A DNA stretch of 64,000 nt from Bugula neritina (lineage: Eukaryota > Animalia > Bryozoa), in NCBI GenBank assembly GCA_964035545.1, contig OZ037773.1, positions 8,337,751 to 8,401,750 on the forward strand. The letters are read 5' to 3'. The translations under genes were made by a program, and so were the position numbers. The notes under the pieces are model-generated. The model saw only the letters and a list, made by a program, of their open reading frames with translations, searched no databases and was not told the origin of the DNA. Below, in pieces: positions 11,269-24,500 of the stretch (positions within the stretch are counted from its first letter, which is position 1; every line of letters starts with the position of its first letter).

Positions 11269-14200
11269 TCAGTACTTCCTGGTGTCTACTTTAGTAGGAG
11301 ATGGTGATCGGTTTCGTCTTTTTTCCGGAGAACGACCTCGCTTCTCAGGTGACCTTGATCTTCGTTCAGATGAAGGTCGTCTCATTTGTGTGTGCATTTC
11401 TGGCTGGCCTCTCGGCTCCCCGAGGTAGATCTTAGCATCTGGGTAGCCAGACCGTAGCCCCTCCTCCATGTCACCTAGCGCGTGGTCCATCGTCCAGTTG
11501 GTGAGGGTGTGCGCGTGGTGTGCCTGTATCAGCTTCTCCAGACGTGATATGATTTCATAATCGGGTACCGCCAACGTATTCACGTCCAGTCCCAGCATTC
11601 TAGCTAGAACTGTGCGCAGGTCCACCAACTACAACAGAAAACATGTCCCTATAACATAATGCTCACCCAGCATAAGTTTATTAGTCAAGTCTTGTTGGAC
11701 ATCATTACAAACATTATGATATAATCAAGTTATGATAATGATATTCCAGATGCATGGTTAGCCTTGTATTCTAAAAAATCAAGTGGTAAATCATCAATTA
11801 CTCAATTATCAGCCCTCTGAGACCAGCTAGCCTTAGAAACAGTGGCTATCTCTATTAGCAACCATAATGTAAACAATTGTAACTCGGAATTACTCACTCA
11901 TCCTTTTGATAAAGAGTTGCTAGTTACTCAATTATTGATTAACTAGAACAATTGGACACGCCCACTGCATAGAGTATATACCAAACATACTATACTATAT
12001 AGTACTATTATATAAATAATATATATTAACACAATGGTAACTATTTTTATAAAACATTTTTTAATAAACTGAAAGTTTTCTTTCAGTAGATTTATTTTCT
12101 TGGAGTTTACAGATAATTAACATGTAGAGACTGCTAAAGTATGCAGCCGAATTCTTGCTATGTAATAAAGTTAGTATTGTATGGACACACACAGCATGAG
12201 TGTGAACACACATCTGTCTGAACCTTAGGTTGGCATTGTGTCTGTACATTTCAAGCGCTTATTTCAAATTGTTTTATGTTTAGGCTCTATGCTAAAATTG
12301 GTTATATTATGCTGCCTGCATTTGCCAGCTGATATTACTCTAACAAATATCACTATTGCCTGTGCACACACCTGGCGGTCTCTAATAGATACACTACTAC
12401 ATGTGCACACACCTGGCGGTCTCTAATAGATACACTACTACATGTGCACACACCTGACGCTCTCTCTTAGCCATGTCGTCCATAAGTTGTTTGGTAGTTT
12501 TCAGTTCGCTGGTGAGAGCCTGTATGGCTCCCTCTGCCTTCTGCAGTCTCTCCTCCCCGCCTACCTCACTGATGTTCCTTTCGTCCTTCAAACTCGTTAT
12601 CTTCTTGGCCTGCTTCTGCCTTATCTTATCCAGTTGTCCAAGTTTAGCCTCTAACTTCTCGCAGTGAATCACCAGGTCCTGGTTGTCCACCTGCACAAGG
12701 TCAATTCAAGGTCATATATGTTATAGCTAATAGTCGAATACTTCCTTAATGTTGTAACTAATACTCTCTGTGTTCTAAGTACACTTCTTACTTGAAAGAA
12801 TTAATTCCTAATGACCTAAACTCAAGTGGTGATGATACATTGTGTTTGGTCTCATCATGGTCTATTTACCACACATCTAGTTGTTATAAGAGTTGTCTCA
12901 CCTGGTACTTGGTGGACTCGAGGAGTTGTGCTTTCAACTGAACTATTTCCCCTCTGGCTTCCTCTAGCTGTCTGCTGTATTTATCACAAGTTTTCTCTAG
13001 TCTTCTCACCTTTACATACTCTCCGTCTCTCTCCTTCTCGATCTCTACTCTACCACATGCCCTTTAAACACACAACTAGATGCTTATAAGCACTGTAAGA
13101 CACTAAAGCTAAATATAATCACTATCATATGTGTACCAAACATGTGGGCACGATTAGTGTGTATGTCACTACTTTTCAGTGAACTAACCTCTCTTCCAGT
13201 TGACCTAGTTTCTTTCTAAGCAGATCAAGGTGAAGGTCTTTGCTCTCCAGTTGCTCTTTCATTGTTTTGATCTTTCTCTGGAGGTTATAAATATGAGTAT
13301 TTCTGTCGGCCAACGCGTCCGCTTCGAGTTTGGCCAGCTGTGCGGCACGGGCCAGTAGCGTCTCGCCGGTCATGTCAAATCCTACTTCTGCACTAATTCT
13401 ATCCATCTTCATCAACTCGGCCAGCTTCTCCATGAATCGTAAATACTGAAAAAAGAAATAAAAAACTATATTCCTATTCACTCTATAGTTTTGATCAGTC
13501 TACCAGCGTATTATGGTTTAGTCTATTAACAAATATATTTTAGTGTTTCCGAAAATTCAAATCATTATGACACTGATTTGCATGTGCTAACATGACCTCC
13601 TTTTAAAAATAACAAATTATATTAATATTTGAGGATTTCATAAGACAAGTTGTTGGTATAATTTGTTTAGCTGTTATAATATGCTTTTTGGAGTCTCTAT
13701 TTTAGTATTATTATCTAGTAGTTCAGTTTTGGGTATGAAACTCTGAAACTCTTTTTTTTTGGTCAAGGAAATTTACGAGGCCCAGTGGGGATCCATTTCT
13801 CATTTAAACCATCAGTTGCCAATGTCAGCGTGGTTGTTCTGTGCCCATATGTACTCTGATATTGTAATTTTAATAGTTTTGGCTTTGGTTTTGTTTTTCT
13901 ATTGCACTTATCTGGGTTCAAAATTTGAATTGACTATGGATGACTTTAAAAAAGCTGCAAAACAAGTTTTGAATATAATTGCTAAAATAGGAATTAAATC
14001 AAGCAACAGTATCAGTCATATAGTAGTAATCTTACCTTTTCTTTATCTGTTCTGAGGCCGTCTCTATACACGTCACCGTTGTTTAGCTCTCTTTCTGCAG
14101 TTCTCAGTCTATCGCTGATGTCCCTTACATCCAACTCGCATCTCCGGGCCTCTTTTTCTGCAGATTGCTTTTGCTCGTACATGTTTCTCAGCTGGTCATC

Positions 14201-17200
14201 CAGACTTCTTACCTTCTCCTCCAAAGCATACACCGTCTGCAAGAGTAATATGACATGTGTTGTAGGTGTAACGTGTCTTGAAGACATTGTGTTAACCTGG
14301 CTTGAGTGAAAAGCTATATTCAAGGTGATAAGTTTGAATTTGTTTCAATAAAGCTACTAAAAACAAACTTTTTATAAATGTCAATAAAGTGGACAACTCT
14401 TAAAAAGTAGTCAATAATAAAATGTGGTATTAATTCGATGATGAAACAGCATTGGATGAACCACTAATTGTATAGTCCCAATACAATTAGTTATGATAGA
14501 ATTCTGATTAAATTAGTAATTGACTTTTTTTGACAGCTGCTTTTTAAGGAATTATCTTCCCACTTACATTTTGCCCATCTTTGCTGACCCCTTGGAGTTG
14601 TCTGATTCTATCCTGTATAAGATCCTCACTGGGAGAGATGTTGAGCATACATGCAAGTTGCTCTATGAACATGTCCAGTCTTGTCTGTGCATTCTTTGCT
14701 CTTTGGGAGTTATCTCTACATGTTACACAGAAATTAAATATTTAGTAATGAGAGCTTCCTGAGTTAGTAAGTCTATATTTAAAATATAGAATACTTCCGA
14801 TTTAAACACGATGCTACATATATACAGAGTCCATTATGTACTTCTTTCTATATTGTCAATATTGTTGAGTAAACAATTCATACTATATCGGAATGTTTGC
14901 AGAAATTATAATTAATTGAATTACACTATTAATGACATCAATTAAAATGTATTATTATGACATCATCAACACACCTGAGTTCATGATCGAGAGACGAGTA
15001 GACACGACTTTTCTCTTCCAACTCGCGAGTTGTCGCATTCCATGCTCTCTGTGAGGAATCGAGCCTCTCTTTCAAAACTTCGCATTCTCGAAGAGCTTCC
15101 TGTCTCCCGATTTCAATAGACTGTCTTTCCTGGAACATAACGACTCATGTATACAGGGCAATGTGGTCTACTACCTTTACAGCATCACAATATCGAGCTT
15201 CAGTTACTATATTATATAACTTTTTCTAGCTACAGTCACTATATTATACACTCTTAACTACAATTAACTACTACTATCACTCTTTAACTACAGTTAGTTA
15301 CTATATTACACAACTCACTCGTTCCAAGTGCTCAACATCCGCCTTGTATTTAGAAGCTAGAGACTGCTCCTTGTTCATTTCAGAAACAAGTCTGTTGATG
15401 GTCTCCCTGGAAGCTTTACTCTCTAACTCGCTATTGGCCAGACTCTCCTGCACCGTACAGAGTCGTCCCTTCAACATGGTACTCTCTGACACTAGCTCTT
15501 GAATTTTCACCTGCAACAAGAATTCCACAAATTGATCTTGCTTGCAAGATTTATAGGATATTAAATACTAGCGGAAAGTTCTACATTAAGAGACACTTTT
15601 GTTATAAGAAGCAGAAGACTTATACAATCTAGCAGCTACTAGTTACTAGCTACTAGTTACTACCTACTAGTTACTAGCTACTAGTTACTAGCTACTAGTT
15701 ACTAGCTACTAGTTACTAGCTACTAGTTACTAGCTACTAGTTACTAGCTACTAGTTACTAGCTACTAGTTACTAGCTACTAGTTACTAGCTACTAGTTAC
15801 TAGCTACTAGTTACTAGCTACTAGTTACTAGCTACTAGTTACTAGCTACTAGTTAATAGTTACTAGCTACTAGTTACTAGCTACTAGTTACTAGCTACTA
15901 GTTACTAGCTACTAGTTACTAGCTACTAGTTACTAGCTACTAGTTAACTACTTATTAATTATAATAATTACTTATTAGTTAATAGTTATTATTTAAAATA
16001 ATTAGTTACTAGTTATAGGAACTTTCACTAGTTATAGTAGTTATAGTTACCAGATACTAGCTACTGGTTACTAGTTACTACTTGCAAATTTGTATTTTGA
16101 TTCTTGAGTTTGCTTTATTCTGAAAGGATTTTGGCTCAAAAACCTGTTCGATCATGCCAAGGTATTCTGGAGCAGTTAATACTAGAAGCTGTCTCACCTT
16201 CATGGTATCAACTGATTCATTGTAGTCCACACCCAGAGCAGATCGCAAAGTGACTAGGTTTTCTTGATATCTCTTTTCCCATGAGCCCGCCTTAATCTCG
16301 GCCGCCTCTCTCTCTTGTATATATATCCTGTAGCAAAGCAATACTCTGTTACAGTGTTTATTAATATTATAGGAATTATACAAGCGCAAGTCTGACAGAA
16401 TAGATCAAGCAACTCCTCATTAGTATGAGTTATTGAAAGAAAATACCAATGAAGAGCAAAGGCCATTTGTTAAATAAGTTTCATGTTTAATTTATTACCA
16501 TAAAACAAAGTTACCATGAAAATTAATTATGTTACATAATTTGAATACAGCAAATATGTAGTAATATACAAAGTGTTATGGCCATACTATGTTTATTAGC
16601 AGATCATTGTTAATGGGATTATAGCTATCATGTAAGCACCTTTCATTCCTGTCACCCCCCACCTGCCCCCACCCGTCACCTAAATTCAATGATATCAAAC
16701 TACTTCCAAAAGGGCATACCTGAGTCTTCCTTCCAAATCTCTGATTTTCTCGTCACTTTGTCGCTTCTCCTCTGCCAACTGATTACTGGTAACTTCAGAT
16801 CTGGCCTTCATCATTTCCAAGTTACCTTGAGTTGCCTCCACTTCCCGTATCCTGTCTCGCAGCGACTCTACTAATGATGCTTGCCTTGCCTCATTTTCTG
16901 CAAAAAACAAAATTTATTTTCATAAAAATATTTAGTATTTAAATTTTATTCTAAAAAACATCAAAACTTGTTTGTTATGTGTTTATATTTAAATGGAATA
17001 AATGAGTTCTGTTGGTTAGAAATGAAAATTAAAATCAGTCAAGCATGCATTTAGATTTGTTTCTTTTACTGTAGAGTTTTCAAGTCATAATCACACCAGT
17101 AGAGCAAATCTCTGAAAATCTTTTGGTAATTTTAATTAAAGTTATAAAATACTTTAAATTTAGTTAGTTTTTGGCTACAAGTAGAGAGAAGATAAATCTA

Positions 17201-18276
17201 GTGTGCTTTTACCTTTAGCATTTTCTAGACTGGCTTTGTAGTCCTTGATACGAGCGGTGTTGGCTTCATTTTCCAGTTCTACTTCCCGCAATTTTGTAAC
17301 TAAGTTCTCAGTCTTGACTTGTAGTGCAGCTACTTCTCCCTTGGCATTCTCTACTGCTACACGATCCAGTGATGACTCATTCTATAATATTCATGATCAA
17401 ATCGAGTTTAGAACGTTACAGAATATGATAGATAAAATTTCGCAGGAAATTGCACCATAACCTAGTATTGTCATTGAAAAACTAACTTTAATATAAGTTC
17501 ATTATATATTCTCTATTTCTCTTACTGCAAAGAAGTTATGAACTAATGCACAAAAATGAATGCTGCTAAATTATGTTAAGTTATAAGTAATGCATTGCAA
17601 TGTAAAATCAATTCTTGCGATTAGATTAACTCATTAACACTTACCAGCCCATTTCTTGATAGAATGAGACCATCTTTTCTTTGCAGTTCTTCTTTTAGTA
17701 TTCTAATTTGATCTTGCAGCTATTAATATATATTCAGGTAAATGTTTAGGTGCATAATTTGTATCATTCTACCAAAGATAAATAAAGATCCTAGTGATTG
17801 TAAAGGTTCTAGTATATTACAATTTTTGATAGCAAAAACATGCCAATACATTTTATAATTTAAAGTTGTAAAATTGATGTTTAATTAAAAATATTATTTC
17901 ATTTTAATTAAAAAATATAGTCAGTAATGGTTGAGAGTATTTCCAATGAGTAAGTTATAATAATCAACACATGAGTTGAAAAGTTGAAGTTGGACACTCA
18001 AATTACCTCTGTGACTATTCTATTACTTCTTGTTGGTGAAAGATCTCTAGTTGGCGACGAAGACCTTCTTGGGGAAGCACTCCTTAGTGAACTTCTGTAC
18101 CTATCACGTGAAGGACTATCAGGCCGAAAGGTTACATGCCTAGGAGTTTGTGATGATTCAAGGTCATCGAGTCTTGTTAAGCTCCCAGATCTTCTTAAAC
18201 TTGGCTCTCTTATTAAACCTCTACTTGGATTTATAGATGGAAAACCATTGTTTGTATCAGTTTGCAAGTAACTCAT
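11269..18276 (-). CDS. CCDC170: Coiled-coil domain-containing protein 170 (843 aa)
   Basis: Exons 18276-18007, 17719-17645, 17381-17213, 16897-16720, 16327-16198, 15510-15319, 15129-14975, 14715-14568, 14236-14036, 13445-13189, 13061-12902, 12690-12454, 11628-11269 (2532 nt, phases consistent). Diagnostic segments: ELESKASRETINRLVSE, LESKDLHLDLLRKK, LVDLRTVLARMLGLDVNTLAVPDYEIISRLEKL. Confidence 0.88.
12360..12464 (-). repeat. 41-bp tandem repeat spanning the CCDC170 exon-12 donor
   Basis: On the minus strand CAG|GTGTGTGCACA occurs three times, with exon-side ends at 12454, 12413 and 12372. Confidence 0.85.
15632..15945. repeat. 14-bp minisatellite (GCTACTAGTTACTA)n, ~22 copies
   Basis: Near-perfect array inside CCDC170 intron 5. 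Confidence 0.92.
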
Positions 18277-18575
18277 CTTCAAACTTACACTGTGTTCGAC
18301 GATGGATTGTTTGTGAATGAAGAAGCTACTAAACAAGCACTTGCTGTGTTTCCGTAACTAGGGACAACGAACAACAAATGCGGAGGTGTACTACAATATA
18401 GACCGTTTATTGTTCAAGCAATATTCGTAAAATATATGTTATATTGCTATGCATGTGCGCTAGGTATAATCAGTCAATGTTTCGACCTAGACTTTTATTC
18501 TCATTGGTCAGCGTGAAAATAGCAATTCCCTATTGGACAAAATTATGACCATCTTGTTGCTTCCCTTGATACAAC
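18277..18575. promoter_or_regulatory. Bidirectional promoter region between CCDC170 and the cadherin-like/U-box/TPR gene
   Basis: Divergent ATGs are 300 bp apart. Two ATTGG (inverted CCAAT) boxes at 18503 and 18532. Imperfect RFX X-box-like motifs near 18348-18368 and 18556-18574. Confidence 0.6.
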
Positions 18576-21500
18576 ATGGATGACTACACGTTGGAAAAGC
18601 TTACAGTTAAACCCGCAAAACTTTCACCAACTTTTAATAGCAAGGTGTTCGAGTATTCTACAACTGTGTCAACAAACGTTGCTAAAGTCACTGTTGACTG
18701 TTTAACTAATGATACGGGAGCATCTTATCAAATAAAGGTACGCCATGACCCCAGAATAGCAACCAAGTCAATTTCAAATTGAAATTGAAAATGAAACTGA
18801 AAGTGAAAGTAAATTTTAATTTAAAAACCAAAATTAAAGTTTGAGTTGAAGTTGGGCTTTATTAAATATCACTAAGTTATTGCGTTGTTAATTATCAAGC
18901 TCAAAATCACTGCAAAAGTGATTTATTACACCAAATTTGACTTTTACAAAGTAGTTTGACCGGTAGCTGATTGTGATTATCGTATTGATAATGGTGTTCA
19001 TGTTGCCCAACAATTGTCACCGACGATCACTGATTTAGAATAATTATGCCTAATGAATATAACATTAAACTTGCGACACCACTACCAAGTGTGTTTATGA
19101 ATGAAACTGTGTGTGTTATTAATATTATGAGGCTTAACAACTGAGGGCCTGCTAGCAGAACCTTGTTTTACTTTACTTTACCAAACTAATCACATCAACT
19201 TGATGTCACATTATAATTTTTCTATTTGCTATGCTTGCAATTACAAACTATAATTATTATCATGGTGACTGTCACAGAATCAATTAACCATAAAGAGAAT
19301 AGCCCTAAATTTACAAATAAATTATTTTTTTCCATTTAGTTTTCCTTTAGTCACTTTGATTTTCACTCTCATGTTCAATCATTTCATAAGTAAATAAATC
19401 ACTACACAATATTATGTTATTCATTTAGTCTTTTAATCAAATTTGCTAATTTGCTTGACTTTAACATTGGGCTACTTTATTCGGTCACTAATATTACTGA
19501 ACAGTTTAATATTGAATACTAAAAATATTTTTGCTATAGATTAGTAAGCTATTATATTATAGATTGAATTTTGAAAACAAATGTTTTCAGTCCTATCATC
19601 ACAATTTTTTAAATTCTTATTTTAAGTTATCAAAGTAATTTTTATTATGTAGGTAAAGTGGTTTTATTACAACGTAAAAACAGTATGATATTATCATTCT
19701 GTTCTTTAAGGGAAACAAAGGGTCAAAAGTTGTTGAGTTAGCAGAAGGCGGCGTGACGGAGATAGACATAGAAGTGTCCTCAGAAGATGGTACAGTTGGC
19801 CACTATGTTATTAAAGTGAAACGTCTCAGTGGAAAAGATGCCTCTCTATCATCTCTTTCTGTTGATAAGGGCCATCTCAGCCCCGAGTTTGATAGCCAGC
19901 ATGACGAGTATTGGGGTTTGTTGATTGAGTTTATAGTTGTTTATGTATTCAATTATTTTTAAGGTAATTTTAATTATTTTGCATGTTTTAAAATTTGATG
20001 TAAGAAAAGGCTGCAAAATGATACGATGCTTTTACTAGTTCTATTTGCTGAAAAGGTCTAACTTTAGTTCGAATGCTTTTATATATTATCACTGTAGTAA
20101 ACATAAGTTGTGTTATTTGCTGGTGTTTAGTCTCAGTACCTATTGTGGAGACAGAAGTACTTGTCACAGCTACACCACCTGATGCCAAGTGTCAACTCAG
20201 TGTAGGGGGTAAAGCGGCAGGTGAAAAGACCACCCTGAATATTGGTGACACGTTGATTGAAGTGACTGTTGGTTCTATTGATGGAACAGTGACAAAGGTA
20301 TTTGTGTTTTCAATGTCAATTTGATACTATCCTATTTCCTATGACATGAAATTCTCCAAGGTGGCAGAAACATGTTAATTAGCCTTCTGTGTTATGATAC
20401 ATGAATAAAGACTAAACATTGTTGTAGACATACAAGTTGTATGTGACGCGACCAGCCATACCCCGTTTTATAAAGATCAGCGATCCTAAACTGAAGCTAA
20501 AATTCGAAGATCCCTTTTCACTTGCTTCATTCTATCAGCCAATCAGCATTCGTGAAAGTGATCCTAGAAATACATTCTCTACTCCAATCATAACTGAATT
20601 GACAAGGTAGGAGCTTATTATTGGCCAATCAGCTTTGATGTAACAAAATTACTCTCAGCCAGTTATTAACCAACAGCTTTGTATGTTGGAGTTATCTCCT
20701 TAATGTGCCTCTGTAACTTCAGGACGAACAAATATGACCCGATAAGTCAACTTCCTCTTCCTTCTGATTGGATAGTCAAAGACTTTCAGCTAGACAAGGA
20801 GTTGTCAGACACTGTAGCTGTGGTTCCTCTCTCTTACGGAGGTAACTGTACGGGTGGTGTGTGCCCCAACCTTGCATTGTCAAAGCCTTGATAATTCTGT
20901 GGGGATTGCAACCAGTCTGTAATTGTAATGCATGATGCTATCTTAATGTTTCCTCCATCTACCTCAAGATTGAACTGAATAAATTTTATTATGTCAATAT
21001 TATTATACTTTGTGTACATAACCTGTACATCAGTCTGTGCTAGTGTAATATGTACTAGTGTAGTATAACATGTATTAGTGTAGTATAACATGTGTCAGTG
21101 TAGTATAACATGTGTCAGTGTAGTATAACATGTATTAGTGTAGTATAACATGTGTCAGTGTAGTATAACATGTGTCAGTGTAGTATAACATGCATTAGTG
21201 TAGTATAACATGTGTCAGTGTAGTATAACATGTGTCAGTGTAGTATAACATGTGTCAGTGTAGTATAACATGTGTCAGTGTAGTATAACATGTATTAGTG
21301 TAGTATAACATGTGTCAGTGTAGTATAACATGTATCAGTGTAGTGTAACATGTATTAGTGTAGTGTAACATGTACTAGTGTAGTGTAATATCTTGTTTCT
21401 ACAGGAAGTACTGAAGGCTGTCCAATCAGAGAGCTGCCTGCTAAACTGTCCCAGACTAATGTCACACCTAAACACGTGGTGAGTTGAAGAGGATACGATA

Positions 21501-24500
21501 TGATATGATACGATACAATACGATATGATACGATACGATATGAAATGATACGATACGATATGATATGCTGGTCATGTCACACTAGCCAAGAGAAGTTTTC
21601 AGAATGTTTCTCTCTCTATCATTTAGATTCTATTCTGTAGCTTATGGCATGTTTGGAGGGTGCTTATAGGGTGTATACAGGGTGCCCCCTCTCTCTCTCT
21701 TGAACATAAGCTAATGGTTGCAAGAAGGACATCTAAAGCCTTTTCATGTTGTATACATATAATTTTGATTTGAATAATTTACATAGCAGTAGACTTTTAT
21801 TTTATATGTTGCTAATAAATTTGGGTATGAAACTTAATTTATATTTTAAATATTTTTATATTTTCATATTAATATTTGATTCTTCTTATTCTAGAAGTGT
21901 GATGTAATGATTGCATACAGTACACTGTGTACCATATTTTAGGAGGTGGGCGCTGAGTGTACCAGCCTATCCATCAAACACACGTATGAACTGAGGCCGT
22001 GGGAGAAAAACCTGCAGCAAATATTCGATGAGTCAAATCCTATGAAGTTGATGATCAGGTCTAAAGGCAGCGTCAAGCATTACTTAGCTGCCTTACCTGC
22101 AACACCAGGTAAAGTGCAGTATATATATTACCTACAACACCAGGTGAAGTGTAGTTTACATATTACCTACAACACCAGGTGAAGTGTAGTATACATATTA
22201 CCTACAACACCAGGTGAAGTGTAGTTTACATATTACCTGCAACACCAGGTGAAGTGTAGTATACATATTACCTACAACACCAGGTGAAGTGTAGTATACA
22301 TATTACCTACAACACCAGGTAAAGTGTAGTATATATATTACCTACAACACCAGGTAAAGTGTAATATATATATTACCTACAACACCAGGTAAAGTGTAGT
22401 ATACATATTACAGGAAGTAACCACCGATGGCCCGAGAACCAACATCCACTGGATCACATCTCTCACGCCGCCCAGTGTCTGGCTACGGCAATCAAGGCTA
22501 AGAAGACGGATGCTAATTCTCACCTTCAACTGGGTCTTGTGTTGGAGGAGAGGTATCTTGCAGAGGATATGTTTAACCTGAAGAGCTCAGTGGTATGTCT
22601 CCTTGATCTCTACGCTGTGATACCACCAACAGTTTTAATGTGCATATTAGTTTGGTGATGTTTTATTGACCTATAACTATAAGTATTGAGGTGTTTCATT
22701 AGTTCTTCCCATGATGCAATAAAGAGTACTTCCCATGATGCAATAGAAAGTCCGCCCCATGATGCAATAAAGGGTCCGCCCCATGATGCAATAAAGAGTA
22801 CTTCCCATTATTCAGTAGAGAGTACTTCCCATGATGCAATAGAGAGTCCTTCCCATGATGCAATAGAGAGCCATGCTGCTTTGAATGTTGACTGTTTCTG
22901 TTGGAAATGCATAGATTTCCGTAAAAACTCAGTAAGTTTGTGTTCCTTCAGCTATAGTGTGTTACTAGTTGGGTTTGCTTTAGGGTGATGGGGCCGGAGA
23001 GCTAGCCACCCTCAACGTGCAAGTGAAGGCTGGGTCCAAAGAAGAAGAAATTGCTGCTATTTGTAAAATTCATGGAGTTGATGAAAAGGCTCCACTTTCT
23101 TTAGTTCTGAAGGTAGGAAATAGGAAACTTGTTTGGCAAGATTAAAGTTAATTATATCTGTGTGACTTTATTGATATAAAACTGGCATTATTGCATACAC
23201 TGATTGTTTTTGTATTGAATACTGTCACACTATACTGTCACACTACACTGTCACACAGGCTCTGGATACGGAATATCAGGCCATGAAGAATGCTGGAAAT
23301 ACGGCCAAAGCTGAGCAAGTTCAGAGTTTGTTTGCCTGGAAGAACAAGCAAGCTACTCAGGTACTGTGTACAGCACATACTGCATGCTACTCAGGTACTG
23401 TGTATAGCACATACTGCATGCTACTCAGGTACTGTGTATAGCACATACTTCATGCTACTCAGGTACTGTGTATAGCACATGTATACTACATGCTACTCAG
23501 GTACTGTGTACAGCACATACTGCATGCTACTCAGGTACTGTGTATAGCACATGCTGCATGCTACTCAGGTACTGTGTATAGCACATACTACATGCTACTC
23601 AGGTACTGTGTATAGCACATACTACATGCTACTCAGGTACTGTGTATAGCACATACTTCATGCTACTCAGGTACTGTGTATAGCACATACTACATGCTAT
23701 TCTAGTACTGTGTATAGCACATACTGCAAGCTACTCAGGTACTGTGCATAGCGCATGCTACTCAGGTACTGTGTATAGCACATGCTGCATGCTACTCAGG
23801 TACTGTGTATAGCACATGTATACTACAGGAAGGCGCTGCTGCGCAGAAGGCAGCAGAAGATACGAACCCCCTGGGCCAGGCGTATCTCAAATACCTGGAT
23901 GCTCTGAGCTGTGACGAGACAAAGTCAATCTACCATTTCCACGTCGGTCGGCTGCAGGTTGTCCAAGGCTTGTATGACGAGGCAGTGACTAGACTGCAGT
24001 CAGCTCTTAGCTGGAATAAACAGCATCAGATGGCCAGGTGAACTATCAGATGCATTATGGGTAGATTTAAGATATTGGAGTTATCTCATCTTCAGAACCC
24101 GCTTCTCTGTAACTTTATTTGGTAACAGGTTTATGTGCTACTAGGGACCGTTCTAAGTGTGATTAGTGCAAGAATGTAAAAGCTCGTTATCCTTTCTATA
24201 TAATGCTGTTCATTGCATTCACAAGCTAGAGGGACTTTATTATGTTTACAGGTTTGATTAAGTTCTGCAACAAGCACGTTATTAAGTCCTAAGTCTAGAT
24301 ATACCTTGTAGTTATATGTAAAGTTGTTTGCTATTTAGTTTCGTATTATATAGTGAAGGCAACTCCAAATATTCATAATTTGAGACACAATTACTATACT
24401 GTGATATCCCTAAAAATGTTGGCATAATTTACTACTTTTGTAAAATGACACTGGAGTTGGTTGTGTTTTTACTATTCAACTATTTTTTTTTCTCAGATTC

